10,382 bases of DNA, from positions 1 to 10,382 of the forward strand of contig BAAFSQ010000328.1 of the NCBI GenBank assembly GCA_054661495.1, written 5' to 3'. Origin of the DNA: Zygophlyctis sp. KS116. Lineage: Eukaryota; Fungi; Chytridiomycota. This document shows, piece by piece, positions 5,662-10,382 of the stretch. The notes beneath the pieces are model-generated. The model was not told where the DNA came from. It made no database searches and saw nothing but the letters and a program-made list of their open reading frames with translations. How positions within the stretch are numbered: the first letter of the stretch is position 1; each line of letters opens with the position of its first letter. Made by a program: the position numbers and the translations under genes.

Positions 5662-8600
5662 ATGTCTCAATCGGATCCTTCTCAAACTCCATCGAGAGCT
5701 TTCTTCCCTGAATCGGTTGAAGTACCGAACCAGTTTGGAACACCGTATACTTCTCCTGGAGCTTTCTTACCTGAACCTGTTGAAGTTCAGTCTCAGTTTG
5801 GAATTCTCCTGAATCTAGTCCAATCTTTACAAGGACAAGTAAATCTTTTGTCTCAAAGAGCAAATAATGTGCCTGAAAAAATGCCGAAGTTGGTATTACC
5901 TGCTCAATATGATGGATCTGCAGAAGATTTCGACGTTTTCTGGAGTGACATCAATGACTACATTAAGGTCAAATCTTCAAGCTTCTCAAATGATTTCTCA
6001 AAAATAACTTTTGTTTCAGGGCTACTTAAAGATAGTGCAAAAATCTGGTTCCAGTCTTTAAGGGATAGATCAATGACTTATGATGTGCCAGAGTTACGGG
6101 ATTTCCAAATATTCTCCAGAAGCTTTAAAGAACACTTTATGAATCGGGAAGCTAGGTCTCTTGCAAAAGCAAAGTTAGATAGGTTAACTCAGGGAAAAAC
6201 TAAAATGCACAAGCATTTGGCTGCAGTTGAATCACTTATTATTCAGTCAGGTTTAGATGTGTATTCTGATTTAGGAATTGAAACATTTATAAAGACTTTG
6301 AATGAAGATGTAAAACTTGACTTACGTGATGCATTCCTCTATAATGAATCATGGTCTAAGGATTATAATGCCATAAAGAAATATCTCAAGGCAAAGGAAA
6401 CAAATAGGATTGTTATCCAAGAGGATTCTTCGTTGACAGTTTCTATTCCTAATGATCCTATGGATATCAGTAGTCTTGGTCACTCTAAAGTCCAAACTAA
6501 ATGGAAATCTTTAAAAAATGATGATTGGAAAATTTTAAAGGAAGCTTTACTGAAAACTAAATGCTGTTTAATCTGTCGGGACTATGTAGAATTTCGACAT
6601 TCTGAAAATTCCTCATGCAAGTATAAAGGGAAGTCATTCACGGAAATTTTCCAAATAAATGATAATTCAGCTTACCTGTTCTCTTTGAGCGGGCCGTCGT
6701 TCCTGGTCAAAATATCTCTGGAAAATCAATCCACTCTGGCTTTAATAGATACAGGTGCTCAAGGAGATACATATATTTCATCACAATTTGCTAAAAAATT
6801 AAATTTGCGTCTAGTCACGACAAGACCGCAGCCAATTTGCCAATTTCAGGGTGTGGAGGTGGATACTATATCACATTCTACAGATCCTATTACTATCATT
6901 ATTCAGGATAGAAAGTTTATCATTAAACCGAAAGTGATTAAAAAGCTGGCTTACGATGTGTTACTCGGCTTTGATTTCTTCGCTAAACATAATATCAAAC
7001 TTGATTGTAAAAAGAAATTGCTGGAATTTCCGAGATTATCAAGTGCAAAAAGCAATATAAATATTGGTGTGATAACCTTATCAACTTTGAAGAAATTAGC
7101 GTTAAACGAGAAGTTACCGGTTTATTCGCATTACATTGATTTTTCGGCTACTATTAACATTTCATCAATGAATTTTGATGCTGATAAATTAGACCGTAAA
7201 ATACCTAGCTTTCTTAAAGATTATAGTGACGTCTTTGATTTACAAAGATTAAAGACTCTACCAAATTACAAAGAATGTCATGCGATGCCTGTAGACATTC
7301 TTCCTGATTCAGTAATGCCTTCGTCAAAACCATATAAAATTTCAGCCAAGGAAGAAGCAGCTCTTCGGGAAGCACTTGATGATGGATTAAAATCAGGGAT
7401 AATCAGCATCTCTGAAGCTACTGGTGGATGTCCAATCTTATTTGTGAAAAAACCGGATGGATCTCTTCGGCTTTGCGTTGACTTTAAGGCACTAAATCAA
7501 ATTACTGCACATAGCCAAGCTATTCTCCCGAATATAGAGGATATAATTAATGATCTACAGCCATCTACCAGGCCGCTCTTCTCCAAAATCGATCTTAAGG
7601 GAGCTTTTCATCAACTTAGAATCAAGAAAGGGGACGAGTTTAAAACCACGTTTATTACAAAGATGGGGAAATATCAATATAATGTTATTCCATTTGGTTG
7701 TAAAAATGCACCTGGGCACTTTCAGAAAGTAATGGACTCTATTTTCCATGAGCTTATCGGTAAAGGTTTGCACGTCTATCTTGATGATATATTGATCTAT
7801 GAATCCGATCCGGCTAAACATCGAGAAATACTTCTTAAATCATTACAAATTCTACAAAAAAAAATCTGATTGCCAATCTGGAAAAATGTCTTTTTGAAGT
7901 TAGTGAAGTCGAATTTTTAGGATATAAGTTATCATCATCTGGTATCAGCATGCAGCACGGAAAGGTAGATGCAATAGTAGGATTTAAACAGCCCGAAAAT
8001 GTAAAGTCCTTACAGAGGTTTTTGGGACTCTGTAATTATTATCGGGGATTCATTAAAAATTACTCTTTTTTGGCAGAACCATTATTTAAACTACTTAAGA
8101 AGAATGAAGAATATAAGTGGACACAAAATACCGAAAAACACTTCAAATTATTAAAATCCAGTTTCTCGCACAAAGACTTTTTAGTTATACCAAATCGATT
8201 GAAGCCTTTTATTCTCTACACTGACTGTTCAAAAGTAGCTCTGGGAGGAGCGCTTCATCAGCTTGATTCAAATGGTGCCGAAAAACCGGTTTCTTTTTAT
8301 AGTCGTACATTGACCCCCGCAGAGAAAAATTATGCAATTTATGATAAGGAAATGCTGGCTATCAAGGCATCATTTGAACACTGGCGACATCTTCTAATAC
8401 ACACTGACGAAGCAGTTACGGTATATTGTGATCATCGAAACTTGACATATTTCAAGAAACCTCAGCTGTTAAATGAGAGACAATCCAGATGGAGCGAATT
8501 TTTGGCCGACTTTAATTTTATTGTTTCATATATACCTGGAAAACTCAACGTAGTTGCTGACTGCTTGTCAAGATCAGATTCTCTAGAAGAGGCTAAAAAT

Positions 8601-10103
8601 AAAACTTTGCTGCACAAGTCTATCTGTACAATCAATCAGGCTAACTCGTTAGGAAAATTGGTTTCGAGTCAAAATGATGGACTGCCTAAATTGATTGAGA
8701 CCTCAAACGCTGACTCTCTCTTTGATCTTTCTATAATCAAATCAAAATTGCCTGAACGCTCATCAGAAATGGAAGTGTTAACCGATCCCTCAAAAACGTC
8801 AATGGGAAACTGGCCTGTCTTCTTCTACTTTTCTTTACGCAACCAGCCATTACCTCATCTGTTACCTAAAATGTACAAAAAACATCATATGGTTATTAAG
8901 GATGGAAAATTGCTGCGAAGAATTAAATATCTCGACATCACTTACTGGGTGCCTTATGTAGCTGAATCATTACGTGAATCAAAGTTGAAGGAATTACATT
9001 GTACCTTAGGTCATTTGAGCACCGATTCTATTTTTGATTCACTCCGAACCCGTTGTTGGTGGCCACAACAATTGCAAAGCTTAAAGCAGTTCGTTGAACG
9101 TTGTTCAATATGTCAGAAAAACAGAATAAATAAATCAAGCAGCCAGCCACAAATACCAATACCACCTTCAGGATTACCATTTTATCGTTGGAGTATCGAT
9201 TTTATCCAAGATCTTCCTGAAACAGAGAATGGTAACAAAGATATCATTGTGGCAGTCGATCATGCGACCCGGTTGGTAGTAGCGGAGGCAAGTAAAGACC
9301 GCACTGCTAGAACAGTAGCTCTATTTCTTTTCAAACTGATGATAAAATACGATGCACCCCAAGAAATAATCACTGATCGTGCAAACTGTTTCTTAGGAGA
9401 TGTAATGAAAGAATATCTAGCAATTCAATCAATTAATCATTTTCCTACTACCTCGTATCATGCAAGGACAAATGGAATGGTAGAGAGGGTCAATGGAGTA
9501 TTAGGATCTATAATTACAAAAATGACTCTTGGAACTAGAGAAAAGTGGGACAAGTTTGTTGAACCTGCAGCCTTTATATTGAATGCTCGAAAACACTCGA
9601 CAACTGGATTCTCTCCCTTTTTTCTAGCCTATGGACTAAATCCCCGACTCCCTGGGGACGTCTTTCCGCCATGCATATACTCAAAGAAGAATGATAATGA
9701 TGTTTCTTTAGCCACTCACCGTGAATTGACGCGTTTGGGCCAATACAGGGCGCTAGCACTCAAGAAGTCCCAAGAAAACGCAAAGGAATATGCCTCCACA
9801 ACTTCTGAATACGTTCAGTTTCAAATAGGTGAATTCGTCAAATTGAAAAACTTCACTAAAAAGAAATTTGAATTCCGTTGGAATGGGCCTTTCATCATTC
9901 AAGGAATCGGTCCACACAACACGTATTATCTTAAAAAGGCAGATGGCACTCTTTTAGATCACCCACAAAATGGAATCCATTTAGCTACTTGGGTTAGCAT
10001 TAAGGAATTAAATCAATCAAATGTTAAATTAACTCAACGAAATAATACTATGACCTCTGGAAATGTAACTAACAGTGGAGGGGAGAGTACTGTTGTGTCT
10101 TAG
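5662..10103 (+). CDS. gag-pol: Element B Gag-Pol polyprotein (about 1480 aa if one A is restored in the A9 run at 7856-7864)
   Basis: Gag LPAQYDG..KITFVSGLLKDSAKIWF and DPMDIS; protease LIDTGA; RT LRLCVDFKALN and YLDD; after a -1 shift NLIANLEKCLFEVSEVEFLGY; RNase H TDCS/DKEMLAI/CDHRNL/ADCLSR; integrase HCTLGH..CSIC, IDF/TDR/VERVN, WNGPF. Joins ORFs 5662-7869 and 7950-10103. Confidence 0.92.
10077..10087 (+). other. Element B polypurine tract
   Basis: GGAGGGGAGAG ends 3 nt before the 3' LTR. Confidence 0.88.
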
Positions 10104-10301
10104 TGCAACAAGTAACTTAGAGTCTAGGAGTAGTTCGGATCCTTAGGTTAGCTTCCATGCTTTGTGCTTGTTAAGGCTTAGTGCTTGAATTGCTTGTTTA
10201 AACTGATTAATTGAGGCTTGAATCTTTTGTACTTTTTAATACAAAGTATTTTGGTTGTTACTCATTATTATATACTGTCTGAGCTATTCCAGACCGTAAC
10301 A
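10091..10301 (+). repeat. Element B 3' LTR (211 bp)
   Basis: Direct repeat of 5403-5613, 210/211 identical by eye. Confidence 0.97.
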
Positions 10302-10305
10302 CATA
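10302..10305. repeat. Target-site duplication CATA, copy 3 (distal)
   Basis: ...CGTAACA|CATA|TGAAAAATC... Confidence 0.92.
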
Positions 10306-10382
10306 TGAAAAATCGGGGTTTTCCAACAGATTGAGTTTAGAGTAAGATTGAGGTTTAACTAACTAAAATCAACAGATTTCTT

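Larger units (their letters stand above)
5403..10301 (+). mobile_element. Element B: full-length Ty3/Gypsy LTR retrotransposon, putatively self-priming (Tf1/sushi-like organisation)
   Basis: Two 211-bp TGTT...AACA LTRs, CATA TSD, PPT, and gag-PR-RT-RH-IN in one ORF apart from a single-base shift. Confidence 0.97.

Noticed and set aside
5447-5680. TCGGATCCTT shared by LTR B (5447-5456) and the gag start (5671-5680); ATTGAGG (5522-5528) complementary to CCTCAAT (5626-5632)
   Set aside because: Short matches compatible with chance, and both LTR words lie upstream of the predicted TSS.
1190-9759. Small overlapping ORFs 1190-1441, 2376-2573, 5660-5863, 7550-7732, 7555-7821 and 9574-9759
   Set aside because: Antisense or off-frame shadows of pol/gag with no independent evidence.
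9980-10103. Chromodomain or env gene at the 3' end of either element
   Set aside because: Integrase tails after GPY/F are short, low-complexity or acidic, lack chromodomain aromatic motifs, and run directly into the LTR.
218-10301. A single composite or nested element, or an inverted duplication
   Set aside because: The LTR pairs are unrelated, each element has its own PBS and PPT and is bounded by CATA, and neither interrupts the other.

Overview
AT-rich eukaryotic locus. A 72-nt initiator tRNA-Met gene (137-208, minus strand) has two different full-length Ty3/Gypsy LTR retrotransposons stacked head-to-head immediately upstream. Both occupy the same 4-bp target: CATA occurs at 214-217, 5399-5402 and 10302-10305. 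Element A (218-5398, minus strand) has identical 303-bp LTRs and a primer-binding site matching the adjacent tRNA-iMet. Its gag and pol are in frame, separated by one UGA-CGG followed by a long stem-loop (candidate programmed readthrough), and it carries three frameshift lesions. Element B (5403-10301, plus strand) has 211-bp LTRs with one mismatch and a single gag-pol ORF broken at an A9 run. It has no tRNA PBS but a Tf1-style self-priming complement to its own LTR. The two elements differ in priming and gag-pol strategy yet share a closely related, chromodomain-less integrase, suggesting a shared tRNA-gene-targeting module. All alignments and folds were done by eye; the host and family names cannot be determined from the sequence alone.
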